A stretch of DNA of 64,000 nucleotides, taken from assembly GCA_020137815.1 (NCBI GenBank), contig CM035358.1, positions 3,348,001 through 3,412,000 of the forward strand. Reading direction: 5' to 3'. The position numbers were made by a program, and so were the translations under genes. Shown here piece by piece: positions 13,210 through 26,902 of the stretch. Source of the DNA: Hormiphora californensis (taxonomy: Eukaryota > Animalia > Ctenophora). Within the stretch, counting starts at the first letter, position 1; the number at the start of each line of letters is the position of its first letter. The notes under the pieces were generated by a model. The model was not told the DNA's origin. It made no database searches and was given only the letters and a program-made list of their open reading frames with translations.

Positions 13210-13738
13210 GAGGGTAAGAAAGACCTGAGCCAGTGATCCTGGAATTCTGTGATAGAGGGACAGAGACAATGACAATATACCAGTAATCTGTGTTTAATCA
13301 AACTTTGTATTTTTGTCAGATCATTGAGAGAATGACCCCAGAAAAGTCAGGCAGAGAGGTATTATGGGGCGTTATTTTTTCAGTTTTATACAATGTAAAT
13401 ATTCTCAATATTCTGTATGATTAATGATTATTCACCAACCCAAAACCCCGTGAGTTTGTGAATATTAGGGAGTGATGGAAACATGTCGGTCTGTCAGCAT
13501 GATGTGGCCCTAATTGTGGCTCTCACACTCGCTACTGGTACCACTCCATTGGCCAAACCAGAAAATGCTCGAAACTCTCATATAACAGGGGTTGAAATAC
13601 AATTTTTAGTCAAAATATACACCGTACAAAATACAATATACAGTTCCCCTGTTGCTCCAAACAACAAAACTTCACAAACGCCACTCATATTGTTGGCAAA
13701 CAAACCTAGCACAATATCTGGGACTGGGTCGAGACCTG

Positions 13739-13808
13739 TCTGGCGCCGCCGACCCCATCTGAGCGCACTGTCGTTGTTGAGAATCAAATGGGGGTATGGC
13801 GCCGCCAT
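13739..13808. repeat. Short hairpin-type dispersed repeat (MITE-like)
   Basis: tctggcgccgccgaccccatctgagcgcactgtc...atggggtatggcgccgcca; related copy at ~55282-55348. Confidence 0.6.
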
Positions 13809-14073
13809 ACAGGTCGAGGCACCATTTCATAGTTCATAATGACGTCGCTAAGAGAGTTTCAAATAAATACAAATACAAAGACTTGGCAAATAATTTCTTT
13901 CAGGAAGATTCTTCTTTTTTCTTTTCGTTATCAACGCTCTATAACCATTTGAGATCTATCTAACATCTCCCTATAACAGCCTAGAATATAGACATTCATC
14001 ACCATCAATAATAAGTTCATCATTAACAACAATCACACAACTAAACCCCCTAGGGGAGAGGCGCTCCCTCCCT

Positions 14074-15159
14074 TTATCTAAATGTCAGTGATGAGTTATA
14101 ACGTGATAATATCACGGGAAATAAACTCCTACTCTTTTTAGTGCTCTCACACTTTGGTATCTTTATAGCAACTCTCGTTGGGGGACCCGCTCCTAAAGTA
14201 TCCGCTGTTCGACGGGCGTTGTTCAGGTACTGGACCGCACGGTGGTCACTCTTGGGACGCCTTGGTCCGGGTGGGATTCGTGAGTTCATCTAATGGGAGG
14301 AGAGGGGATTACTATTAGGGTTCATACCAAAAAAATGGGCAAAAATAAAGAAAACTAGCTACCAAACCTGAGTACTACTAAAACTTACTTTTAAGCTATC
14401 AGCGGTTGGGTTGTTAGAACTGTGTGTGGTGCCTGGGGAGCTGTTAGTAGGTGTATATGATGGACCTAGGGTGGCTCTACCCGTAGGATAGACATCTCTT
14501 ATACCAAGACCTGGTGTCTTTAGTAATCTGTACTCTTCTATATAGCAATCTATCTGGTGAAGGAGAAGGGTGCCGGTGAGTGGACTGGTATCACTCAATC
14601 TTGTTGAGTTACTCAACAATCATTATCACAATTGGCTACATCAGAAGTTAAATCATCTCTCTCCCATTGTCTACATCGAATGAATATCTGCTTCTTTTTA
14701 CCTCGTCATAGTTTCTGAAGGACAGTGTAAGGGGAGTATAGTATCGGTTCATGATTCGTTTAGATCGTAACACATCGTAGTTCTCTGGCCTTCCTTGCCT
14801 CACTCCTCTCCCAAAATGAACCTTCTTCTCTTGGAACTGTGTAGGGGTAAGATAAATCAAATAAGGACAGAGCACAAGCAATCATGTCTAAGCGGGCATC
14901 CGGCATACAGATTACAGAGTTGAAGTATATGAATTTGATTTGTGTTCTCAAGCCAAAATGAATTGAGAAAACTCACCGCTTGTTGTAACCAAGGCGACAG
15001 TTCAGGACAGATAAGGCGATTATTTGTTGGCACATAGTGTTTCTGCTTTAGTTCCAGTAACCTTTTATAGCAGTCAGGGGAGGAGGAATATTTCTTGCAG
15101 ACCGTACCCAGGGGAGGCTGGTGCTGCTGGTACCCTGGAACAGAACCTGTAGAGCCCAT
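14074..15159 (-). CDS. Uncharacterised 232-aa basic protein (4 exons, orphan)
   Basis: Exons 15159-14977, 14836-14702, 14553-14389, 14289-14074. All three introns are phase 0 with canonical donors (gtgagt, gtaaaa, gtaagt) and YAG acceptors. The frame is open from MGSTGSVPG to ...SSLTFR-stop. No family recognised. Confidence 0.7.
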
Positions 15160-15961
15160 TTGTTACTTCTAAATGTCAGGAGAAAGGAAGGGTGTATAAA
15201 TGCACTCAAAATAGGGTTTACAGGGGCAAACTAAAGCACGATAGATATACATTCTACTATGAACATGTGGATAGTGCGATAGAGATCTAGAAAAACCACA
15301 AAGTTCAATTATAATCACAAGCACACTGGAAAATACTGACTCTAAATAGCCCCCCCTCCTCCTCTATATTGCACACTATTGACTTTACAGCTTCACTTTA
15401 CATTACTCTCCACTGATTACTGTAAAAAACTATTGCTGGACATCAGCCAGATCTAGAGTTCACACTTCACAGTTAGTTTTAAAACTATACCAGGTGCTCT
15501 GACCTGGAGTCTGACCTTGGTGTTGGTAGTCCCCGACCATAGGGAGGGAATGTTGTGTATGAGTTAGGAACAATGATAGACAGAAAAACAAGAGAGATCT
15601 GCAGTAAATCTAGTGCGTGCTATGCCTAGTGAGTGAGAAGCTGTGAGAGCGAAATGACAAGCAGTTTAAATGTGAACACACGTGACCCAGTCTACACAGA
15701 TCTAATGACACAAGATCTTCCCCCTCCCTCTCTCTCCCTCTCTCTATCTCTATCTCCCCTCTTTCTTTTCCTTGTCTCTCTCTCTCTATCTCCCTCCATT
15801 ACACATGCAGTATGCACAAGGACTCTAACAAATGTGTAAAACTTGTCTGAATATATCGATTATCGTAAAAAATATGGAGGCATACAAACCACAATGACCA
15901 CTACATAAAATTAATGTCGCATAGAAATGTTTAGTTGCTAGGAAGATAGAGAGTTAGTGAG

Positions 15962-15964
<3 letters not shown>

Positions 15965-16003
<39 letters not shown>
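15965..16003. repeat. (GA)n microsatellite
   Basis: Direct observation. Confidence 0.95.
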
Positions 16004-16007
<4 letters not shown>

Positions 16008-17151
16008 TCTGTCCAAGTTACTGTTAGTGAATGATGCCGGCTTTTATTAATCGATCTTCGTATCTTTTAGAGAGGACAGAGCTATGTTCATAATGTAGTT
16101 TAACTGTTTAAAAAAGTATCCACTCTCTGTATCATCATTGATTCAATATTCATGTGCATTTTAAAATCATCCAACTGTTGCATTGTCACTCACCGCAACA
16201 ACAAAAAAGAAACACTTACCGACAGACAGAGGGCGGCGGTTTTTGCAGTACTCCGTACCAGGTACCATTCAGAGCTGTCCTTTGAGCGGTCGACGCTCTC
16301 AGAATCTCACGTACAGGACTCAACGCCATGCTAGAGAGGAGCGAAGGTTTGGTAAAAACGGATAAAATCAGGTGAGGATAGGGAAAGGGGGATGAATGAT
16401 GGATGAATGATGGTTCATGGTTGTGGTTCTGAAAATTTAGGGATTCTTAGGCATGGGAGGGCCTCTAACTTCAGGAATCATAAGGTCTCACTGAGAGCAA
16501 ATTCGATTCCATTTTCTATTCTTGTTGTTTGTTGTTATTGAGCAAGATTAAAGCAACTTTTCAGCTTCCCATTTCCCAAAGTTGCAACTGTTCTTGCGTA
16601 ACAAGGCTGAACAGTTGCTTAAATCTTGTCCAACAAGAATTAGCCCACCAGATTTTGCTAGAGCACCTGGGTCCCTACTTAAAAACTCATATATTGCAAC
16701 ATAATGACTATCTGCTGCCAGCTGTACAAAGCAGTTCACTGCCCTTCCGCACACACAGATCCATCTCTGCCACGTTCGATCGAATCTCATCTGTTCTGAT
16801 AGTGCAGTGTTGCGCGACCCACCTACCCCTTGTCACACCGCGCGTTACAACCTAGTGCAGAGAGCCATAGTTCAGTTACCTTCCGATCGGTGGAGGGGGA
16901 TTGTGTGACGTGTGTTGTACCTTCCACATGAGGCCGAGAGAGATGATGTTATGTAAACTATTAAGAGTGACATTATGTAAACTGAATATTGGGGTGATCG
17001 GGGGAGGGAAGAAGGAAGTAAATAGTGTAACTCGATAATCTCAAAAATAACATTTCAACATTTTGGGGAAACACTCAGATCAAATAATTGCATCATTCAC
17101 ACAACATTCTACACCCACCTAAAACAATATAACACCCTCTCCTTATCAAAC

Positions 17152-20100
17152 CTAATGGTGGAGTTTTAAAACACTATCATAACCTCTGCTATACTGCCCT
17201 AACCCGTATTTTCCCGCTGTATCAAGCAGGGATGGTCCATACGATTTGATTGCCTTTTTAAACAACTCTTTCTCAACTTGCACACTGACCTCCCCGAACC
17301 CGTGCTCCTTCATAATTTCAACTGTCCGACTAATAACTTGTTGTTCGTTGGCAGTGGCACTCACATACACCCTCAGGGATACCACCAAATTGGAGCTCGA
17401 ATACTGCCAGACGTGGGGGTCTAGGACCTGAACTACGGAGTCCATAGCTGCCACAGAGTCGAGTGCCTCAGTGAATGTGCCCTCTCTCTCATCAGGCACC
17501 CTCTGCAGTAGCACCATGACACTGTCCCGCAGTAGGGGCAAGACGGAGAGGAAGATAAGGATGGCAATCACCATGGAACATATTGGATCTGATCGGAGCC
17601 ACCCGAAATACTCGATAAACAGTGATGAGAGGATGACCCCCACACTTCCCAGGGTATCGGCCATGATGTGAAGGAAGACACCCTGTAGATTCCGGTTCTC
17701 ACTGCCTCCACCTCCGTGAGAGTGCCCGTGTGATCCCCCACCGCCGCTATGGCTGTGACCATGACCCTCGTCGTGTGAGTGTCCGTGTCCCCCTCCTCCT
17801 CCTCCATCTCCCCCGTGACTATGTCCGTGGCCATGATCATGACTGTGACCATGACCCCCATCGTGACTGTGTCCGTGGCCATGATCGTGACTATGTCCGT
17901 GTCCCCCATCATGACTGTGTCCATGTCCCCCATCGTGACTGTGTCCATGTCCCCCGTCGTGACTATGTCCGTGTCCTCCATTACACTGTTCCTTCTTTGG
18001 TTTTGGTGGAGGGGCGTCGTGACCAGTACAGGGTGCACCACCATGTGTGTGGGCGTGACTAAACGCGAATATACCCACCAGGTTCACCAGTAACCCAGCC
18101 ACACTGACAATCAGGAGCCTATCAGTGCTCACCTCGGGAGGGTCAAACAACCTCTCCAGCGCCTCAGTGAACACAAAGAATGCTACCACACAGAGAAGGA
18201 GTGCATTCACATACCCAGATAACATGTCCACACGTGCAAACCCATAGGAATAAACCCTGGTTTTGGGCCATTTCTGCATTAGGGCAGCCAGGAGACCAAC
18301 TAGTAGAGCCGCACAATCAAACAACATGTGGAACCCATCAGATATGAGACCTAGTGAGTTGGTCCAGATCCCGTAGAGTAGCTCCACGCCACAGAAAAAG
18401 AGGTTAATGCAGAGGAAATAGAATATGTGACGTGAGTCAGAATTAGCCATAATCTGAGTTAGAGTTGACTTGATGAATGGGATAACCTGAGAGGCGGCTG
18501 CTCGCTTATCAAATGTATACATTGGTAGACCCGTATCTGTATACCCTATAAAGGTACCGTGGTGTAGACCGGATGGTTTAGAGAGACGAACAGTTGAGAG
18601 GGCCAGAAGGATGGCAGACAGGACAACCCCTCCAGAGATATGGTGATGAGGGGGTGAGGTGAGGGTTGTATCATCAGAGCCAACAATAATCAGAGGTCCG
18701 TGCCAGAAGTAACCAATCACCAGGGTGACTGGTAGTAAGACTAGAGTGGAGTATTTCACTACCCGGTTTGTATCTAGTTTACTGATACACACACTCTCGA
18801 CCAGATAGTTGGCCGAGATGGAGATAGCCACTAGGATAGACCAGGGAAGGACGGAGGTTAGCCAGAGGGAGAATGATGATACACCAGCAAACCATTCCAG
18901 AAGGGTGGGGAGGGAGAGGAGGATTCCAGAGAGGAGGAGGGTCAGGGACTGGACTTTCTTGTTACCACCTGGGGATAAGGATATCAACTAATAATCTATC
19001 TAGTCTTCACAACTTTTCTAGTTACCATTACCGGAAATGCCATTACCGATATATCTACAGTGTAAAGTGCAAACTAGCCGTTACACACACACACACAAAC
19101 ACATACAAACACACTCTCCATACCAGTTTCGACGGCTAACTTCTTCTGATAGTTCTTCTGTAGTGCAGAGAGAATGAGGGCCAATACCAACATTAAAACA
19201 CCGTGTTTGTGATCAGGTACACCTGAGAGAGAGAGAGTTTAAAATGTAAACCATCAGTCATTATAAATCTGTATCGATCATGATACCATTTCTTGTTATG
19301 TTCTAACCCTCCGGGGCGGTGAGAGAGTGTGTCGAATATTCCTGTATTCTATGACTACTCTAACCCCCATAATTCCTGCATTATTCTCACCTAGTTGATC
19401 CAGTAGAGCGTATACAAGGTGTACAGATGGACTCTCCCCACTGTCCTCAGTGTGTGTGTTCAGTTCCCCATCATTGTCAAGGAACAGCAACATTAGTAGA
19501 CCGGCTACAAAGAGGAGGGCACCCCGGGATTTGTCCTTATCATTACCTAGGACAGAGAGATATTATTAGTACAGATCTGATAACGCCATTATGGGACAGA
19601 CATCTCATTACTTGATCCGCGGGATAATATCCTGCAGTTCCCGGGATATATTACGGTGGTCTAGATTCAATGATGCCTGACTCCTGAATCCCCTTGTTCA
19701 TTAGCAGGTACCGCGTGGGCCAATAAAAAGGGAGGGTCTTAAATCTTCGATTTCTCCGGCACCTTAATTCCAATGGTTCTGACATTTTGACACAATGTTG
19801 TTGGGCTTATGCCAGATATGTGTACAGAGTTTCAAGTTCAAAGATGCAGAAATTCATTTATGAACTTTAATTCCTGTTTTTTTAGTTAAATAAAGGTTTT
19901 CCCTTGTTCCAAGTTGATTTTGATCGCAAAATTGCAGCCATGCAATAGTGTTAACATTTATCAATGGCAATCTGAAATTTCATTGAAAATGAATAAAGTT
20001 TAGTGGGTGAAATTAATGAATTAAAAATGATCATTTTTTCAAAAAATTTATTTTCGCTGAAAATGAGAGATTTGCACTGTAGAGATGAAATTAAAACCTA

Positions 20101-21448
20101 ACTGGGTTATGATTCAATCATTTAAGTTCATTCTGGTATGAAAAACTGTCAAATTCAAAAAAAATAATTTTTGTTAAATTTTTGTTTTTTAATTTTTTTC
20201 GTTAATAACTGCATAAATTAACATTTTTACCGATAGTCCATGAACAAACCTTTAGTTGAGACATAAGTAAATCGAAACCTTGCTAATGCTTATACTGATT
20301 GGTAACAATAACATCATGTGACCTCCATGCAAGCAACAAGAAACGTAACCAGGGTGTGACAAAATCTTGTTAGCAAGATTGCAATTGGTCTCCAATGCCC
20401 TCTGTTGTACCCAGTATCAGATATCTGGCGTGGAGTACAAAAGAGGTTCCTGGAAAACAAAAAATATGGACTAGAGAAAACCTACATTGGCTTAAAAACA
20501 TGAATTTAGGTTCATTAATGAATTTCTGCATTTTTGAACTTGAAACTCTGTACACATATCTGGCATAAGCTCAACAACATTGTGTCAAAATTTCAGAACC
20601 ATTGGAATTAAGGTGCCGGAGAAATCTAAGATTTAAGACCCTCCCTTTTTATTGGCCCACGCGGTACAAAGAAGTACCCCCTTGTGTGGCTCACACCGCT
20701 CTGTGAGCAGTGAGGGTTCGGTAGATCGGGATAGTGGATTTAAAGTAACACTCACCTCCCAGTAGATAAGACACACACGCCAGGACGACAAGTTCGTGGT
20801 GTTCAAATATCAGTAGTGCCCGTATTGGTCCAACCTGGCGGAGTCCAGCAGCCCAGAGGACAGCAATCGCTGTGTACCAGAGGGAATTGAATAACAGCTG
20901 GGAAAGAGGGGTGTGAGTTAGATTTGTATGACACATTCTCTTTATTTGTGGTACTTGATAAGCAGGAACCGACCAAATCAGGAAATACTGGTCCCTGATT
21001 GGCTGATAACCAGTCACGTGACCTAAATAACGAGTTCTGATTGGTTGTTTACTTGTTTCGGTCGGTTCCTGTTGACAAGTTATGAGCTATGGCTGAATGA
21101 ATAATATTACTGGATCATTGACGGAAATGATTGCCACAAATTGTGAGATGATCTGATCTTCAAAGAGTGGCTACCACTGTGAAATAATATCTGGTTAATT
21201 ACAGCCATATTATGTCCTGTTATTATCTAACTGAATCTTACTCTCACTTATCTCATTTCTCACTCTTCTCTATCTTTTTACTAACTCAGATTCTCTCTTT
21301 ACCTTTGTTGCTATCTTTATTTGTCATCTGATTATATATGACTGGCTACCTGACCTATTGGACAAAATCTATCTTGGGCACACTTATCTTTTTATCTCTC
21401 TAGTCTCTCCCTCTCTCTCTCTCTCTATCATCTCTCTCTCTCTCTCAC

Positions 21449-21524
<76 letters not shown>

Positions 21525-22370
21525 TCTCTCTCTCTCATCATATCTATGATTCGATTCTTCAGTACAGACCATCATAACAAGAATTAGTTATTTCCGCTCT
21601 GTCAACGATCACGGAAATGTATTCATGAATTGTTCCCCCTTCACATTTTGCTAATTCGCCAATCTCATCAGACAGACCCACTTATTTGCATAAACCCGTG
21701 AGTGGACTAAGTGATGTCTTACCTAACGACCTTGCTATTAATTAGTCAATTAACCGATAGTTAGGCCATCAGATAAGACATCACTTTAATTTTAGTCAAT
21801 TAATTATACTGCAACCGCTAGTTTTGTTGCCATTCCTCCTTTGTCAAGATCTACTGTGAAACTCACCTTTGCCCTGTTCTGGTTGGTAAGGGAGGACACT
21901 ATTTTAAGGGGCTGGTACTGTAACACAAACAAAACCGCTGTAAGACATATCTGGGTACTGACCACCTGAAATATTGTTTTGTTCAAAAAGGAAGGAGGGT
22001 AGAACAAGACAACTGAAACATAACATCTTGTATTAGTGACTCTTTCCCTGTTACTGGAAGAGACAACATATTGAAAACTGAAAAGACATTATATCTTTTA
22101 TTAGTAACTCTTGTCATATCATTTATCAGTTTGTCTTATCTTCCCCAGGAAGAGTCATGGTTTGAACAGCAGCCATCTCCAAATCCCAATATATTCAAAC
22201 ATTCAAATGTGTTTCACCTGTAGCAGTGTAGCGGACTGTAGAATATCGAATGTTACGAAAGTACCACTGGCGAAGAACAGTTTACTGAACATCAACATTA
22301 GGAGGAAAGGGGCAGTGTTACTGCGACTCCCTATCCTCCCAATCTCCGCTCCCTGACCCCGGTTGAGCAT
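17152..22370 (-). CDS. SLC30A5: Zinc transporter ZnT5 (CDF family), 6 exons, ~821 aa
   Basis: Exons 22370-22218, 21965-21867, 20897-20756, 19546-19391, 19222-19124, 18968-17152, phase-consistent. CDF signature TNSLGLISDGFHMLFDC and HIMADTLGS (HD/HD site A); His-rich loop; long N-terminal multi-TM region and GTFIGY...GLPMY motif characteristic of ZnT5 rather than ZnT7. Confidence 0.92.
19709..20666. mobile_element. MITE (TACCGC family) with long TIRs in a ZnT5 intron
   Basis: taccgcgtgggccaataaaaagggagggtcttaaatctt...aagatttaagaccctccctttttattggcccacgcggta; the inverted match extends well over 150 bp. Confidence 0.85.
20963..21071. mobile_element. 109-bp hAT-type MITE
   Basis: caggaaccgacc...ggtcggttcctg termini with 8-bp TSD ttgataag/ttgacaag. 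Confidence 0.85.
21404..21536. repeat. (CT)n microsatellite
   Basis: Direct observation. Confidence 0.95.
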
Positions 22371-22768
22371 GTCTAGAGTCTAGAAAGGGAAGGGAATATA
22401 ATAATTTAGAGAAAAATAGGATCGCTCGCGCTATTAGTTGCCTCCAGTCTCCACCCCTAGATGGACCACCAAAGGTCGAGGAAAGCTTTAGAAACCGTGT
22501 ACCCAGGGACTGGCATTATGTTCATGTATTTCGACGGGCGACGGCGTTACACCTAGCCGGATTGTTTTCAATTAAGTGGAGTAATTTTGTTTTCAATTAA
22601 TGACACAAATTTGTTAAATGGCTCCTCCTTCTCTAAGGGTGGTGTGATTTAATTTCTGCAACATCACTGGAGGGCGGTTTAATTAATAGACCAGGGAGAA
22701 TGGGAGAGAGATGAGGGCAATTAGATTTACTAAATGGACAAAATATAGATCATCTCAAAACAGACACA

Positions 22769-23017
<249 letters not shown>

Positions 23018-23213
23018 CTGTCTATCTGATTGACTACTCGTTATAGACATGATTGTCGGGTTAACCCAAGCTCTAGGACAGTGCCACACATTATTCCACT
23101 TCTCTATAATGTACACATGTGATTATTCATGCTTTTATAACTCGTTTATAGTGTTACATTTGGGTTATTTTTGGTGCGCTGTGCAGATTATGATGCTTTA
23201 GTGTTGATTCCTG

Positions 23214-24241
23214 GGGGTCTTTTCTGAACTTTCTTCTTAGGAAGATTCTTAACTTTCTTCTTTATAAGAAGGTTTTGCTAAGAACGTTTCCGAACATACA
23301 GATGGGAGAAATATACAATCTTCTTAGCGATTTTGTTGTTTCTGAACCTATACTTAGGAAGAAAACTCACGCTCCAAATTGGTGTCATGTGACAGTACAC
23401 AACCAATGGGGTACTAAGATTCGAATGGCGATAACCAATAGCAATCGAGCGACGAGCAAACATGGGGTTTAAATTGAGGTGTGAATTAGCTGGTACACAC
23501 AATATTTTGGATCTATGTAGGGCGTGGGCCACAGCCTAATCATGTGCATTATGCAATTGGATATGGCTCCGGTGTCAACTCGTTCCCACCCATTTCCAAC
23601 AGTTGAAAAAAATCTAAAGGAGATGGAATTTTGCATTTATTGCATTTTTTGGATGATAAAGGTGTTATAATTAGAGGTACAACATGTTAATTTTATGATT
23701 TCTTCCTTTTCATTTGCATATATTTATCGTCCTATGATGCTTTAGAGTCACAGCAAGACCCATAATTTTCAATTTTTTAAATTATTACAAAAAATACCGA
23801 CTACCAACCGATTTAAATATAGCTCTATTGGATATCGCGTCAACATAAAATGGTTGTATGTTCATGTATGCTTGAGCGAATTCATCATTTTTATGATATT
23901 AGCTCTAAAAATGGCCCAAAATATATGTCTAACAGAGTAAGAATCTTCCTAAGTCGGCTTAAGTAAGGTCCGGAGCTGTCCTAACTTTTCTTGCTACTTA
24001 GGAAGAAAAAAAGAGAGCTAAGAACATTCTTAGGCCGCTAAGAAGAAAATTTCAAGGACTCACGCAGTTTTAATTCAATTATAGGGGACTTAGGAAGATA
24101 ATTTAGGAAAATTCTTAACGCTAAAAAAATCTTCCTAAGTGCCATGTTCGGAAACAACAATCTTCTTAACTCTCTAACTTTCTTCCTAAAACGGCCAAAA
24201 AGTTCCTAAGAATCTTCATAAACCTGTTCAGAAAAGACCCC
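23214..24241. mobile_element. MITE with CTG TSD (PIF/Harbinger-like) between the divergent ZnT5 and annexin genes
   Basis: ctg|ggggtcttttctgaac...gttcagaaaagacccc|ctg; internal cttaggaaga sub-repeats in both orientations. Confidence 0.75.
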
Positions 24242-24448
24242 CTGCTCTCAAAATTGTGTTCATGTTTAGTTAAGTTCTGACCAGTCAAACCTTGCTATCA
24301 TTGACTGCTTGCTAATTAATAACCCCGTCTTACTAATTAATTACCCCATCACAGTTGACTGCTTGCTAATTAACTTGCTAATTAATAACCCCGTCTTGCT
24401 AATTAATAACCCCGTCTTACTAATTAATTACCCCATCATCTAGCCACT

Positions 24449-26902
24449 ATGGGAGGGAGTGTAAAACCGGCGGATAATTTTGATGCAGAAGCAGATTCCG
24501 ATGCCCTGAGGGCCGCCTTTAAAGGTCTGGGATGTGATGGAGCAGCCCTTATAAGGATAATGTGTAAGAGGAGTGCAGAGCAGAGAGTTAAAATTGCATC
24601 CACTTACAAAACCATGTTTGGAAGGTAAATATCATGATTATTGAGTACATGCAGTGAACTTTATTATTGGATCAGGACTCAAGTTTCTAGCTAATCTCCA
24701 AACCGTTTTACCGATTACTAAATTGTCAGGGACTTGTTGGACGATATCAAGCGAGAAACACGGGGTAACTTCAAAGCTGTTCTACTGGCTCTATCTGTAT
24801 CCAAGGCAGACTACCTAGCGCTGGTGTGTCGAAATGCTATCAAGGTAAATGGTACAGAGTTTAATAGGGTTAACAAATGTTGATAGTAGTAGGCAACTTG
24901 TAGATGATACTTTATAACCATGTAATGTCTCAAGTTACATAACTTATCGTTACATATTAGCATATTATATTAGCATATATTACATATTAGATGTATCCAC
25001 ATGCTGTATGAATCAAGACAATGTAACGCACAGCTGCTGCAGTACCCGACATTTAATATAATTCTAACTGAATAGTACTTTACTTCCTGTCCTAGATGTT
25101 AGTCAATTAGTGGAATTAGTAGTATGGTAACCAGAACATGCCTTCCAAACGTCAAGCATAATGAAACATTAACGTCACTTGAAACATCACTGACACTGTG
25201 TCCGTTATTCAACAACTCTCTCACTACAGGGTGTTGGTACAAATGAGGGTGCACTGATCAATGTGCTAGTGGGTGCTACCAATGAGGAGATACAGGAGAT
25301 ACGGGCTGCTTATGAGAACTGTAAGTTGTGTTACTGTCAGAGCATTGGCCTGGCCCTATTCTCATTTCTTTCAAATAAAGTTCTGCACATGGAGTGCACA
25401 AGAACCGAAGTCAGGGCATTGGCCTGACAGAATCATTTAAATGTTCTGTAAACTAAATACTTTTGTAAGATAGCTCGTAGAACTTTAATCCTATTACATC
25501 TACCCCACTAGTGACGGGAGAGCAGCTGGAGAGAGAAATCCAGGGGGACACAATGGGCACCCTAAAACGGGTCCTAGTGGGACTTGCCCAAGGAAGAAGG
25601 AGTGGGGCAACAGAGTCAGCTAGCGATAAAGTTGTCGCTGATGGAGAGGTTAGTGAGAGGGAGAGGCGGAGAAAGATATGTAATGGTAGTCGTAGGGTTT
25701 GTTACACTTGAGTAAACACACACTACTACCCCCTCTACTAATCTGTTAGACTTTAGACTACTCCATTACTATCTCCTATACAGGCGCTATACAAGGCTGG
25801 AATGGCTAGAGTTGGTACTGACACCGCTGTTTTCAATAAGATCTTGGTCATGAGGAGCCCTGCACATCTTCTAAGAGTGTTCGAGTACTACCGTAGGGTG
25901 AGTGCCGGATTGTCACAAGTACTCGACGTTGATTGATTGTCATTGTGCTTTTTATAAGCTTATAGACAGTAAATTTACCGGCCATCCACGGCTGTTTTGA
26001 TGTTAAACAAACTAATCCTCTCAGATATCCAACATTGATCTTGAGGAGAGTATCAAGTTGGAGATGTCAGGAGATACAGCACAGGCCTTCATCGCTATCG
26101 GTAAGGTTTATCTTACAATATCATAAATCACCACCGAACTTTAGCCGCCTAGTATGAACAATAATTCAACCCCAAACCACATGTCCTCACACAAACCCAA
26201 ACCACATGTCCTCACACAAACCCAAACCACATGTCCTCACACAAACCCAAACCACGTGTCCTCACACAAACCCAAACCACATGTCCTCACACAAACCCAA
26301 ACCACATGTCCTCACACAAACCCAAACCACATGTCCTCACACAAACCCAAACCACATGTCCTCACACAAACCCAAACCACATGTCCTCACACAAACCCAA
26401 ACCACATGTCCTCACACCTGTCCTCACACAAACCCAAACCACATGTCCTCACACAAACCCAAACCACATGTCCTCACACAAACCCAAACCACATGTCCTC
26501 ACACAAACCCAAACCACATGTCCTCACACAAACCCAAACCACATGTCCTCACACAAACTCCCCACAGTCAAGGTAATCCAGAACCCGGTGAACTACTTCG
26601 CTGATCAGCTGTTCAAGTCTATGAAGGGTCTGGGTACAAATGATAACAAACTGATACGGTTGATGGTGTGGAGGAGTGAGATCGACATGGAGGAAATTAA
26701 GGAAGAATTCAAGGTCATTTCCAAGGGCCAAACACTACAATCTTTTATTGAGGTATGTAATAGGAATAGGTAATTTGTTGATGTTTGTAGCTTGCATGGC
26801 ATATTAGTCAACTGAACTGTCATTATTTCTTAACAATTCGCACACATACAGGGTGATTGCAGTGGACACTATCGGAACGCCTTGCTCGCACTGTGCGAAT
26901 GA
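24449..26902 (+). CDS. Annexin (four-repeat core, very short N-terminal head), 8 exons
   Basis: Exons 24449-24624, 24730-24844, 25230-25320, 25512-25648, 25784-25897, 26025-26100, 26568-26752, 26852-26902. Repeats AFKGLGCD, AIKGVGTNE, AGMARVGTD, SMKGLGTND with downstream acidic cap residues; ends GDCSGHYRNALLALCE-stop. Confidence 0.93.
26168..26557. repeat. 25-bp minisatellite in annexin intron 6
   Basis: acaaacccaaaccacatgtcctcac x ~15, ending immediately before the acceptor. Confidence 0.95.

Noticed and set aside
16152-16855. Possible small spliced plus-strand gene
   Set aside because: The candidate donor and acceptor join gives only a very short peptide with no homology; may be UTR sequence.
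17568-18093. Alternative-frame and antisense ORFs over the ZnT5 His loop
   Set aside because: Shadows of the 24-nt coding repeat.
26154-26604. Long repetitive ORFs (SSHKPKPHVLTQTQTTCPHTNPNH)n and a CRISPR-like appearance
   Set aside because: 25-bp intronic minisatellite with no unique spacers and no cas genes; eukaryotic context.
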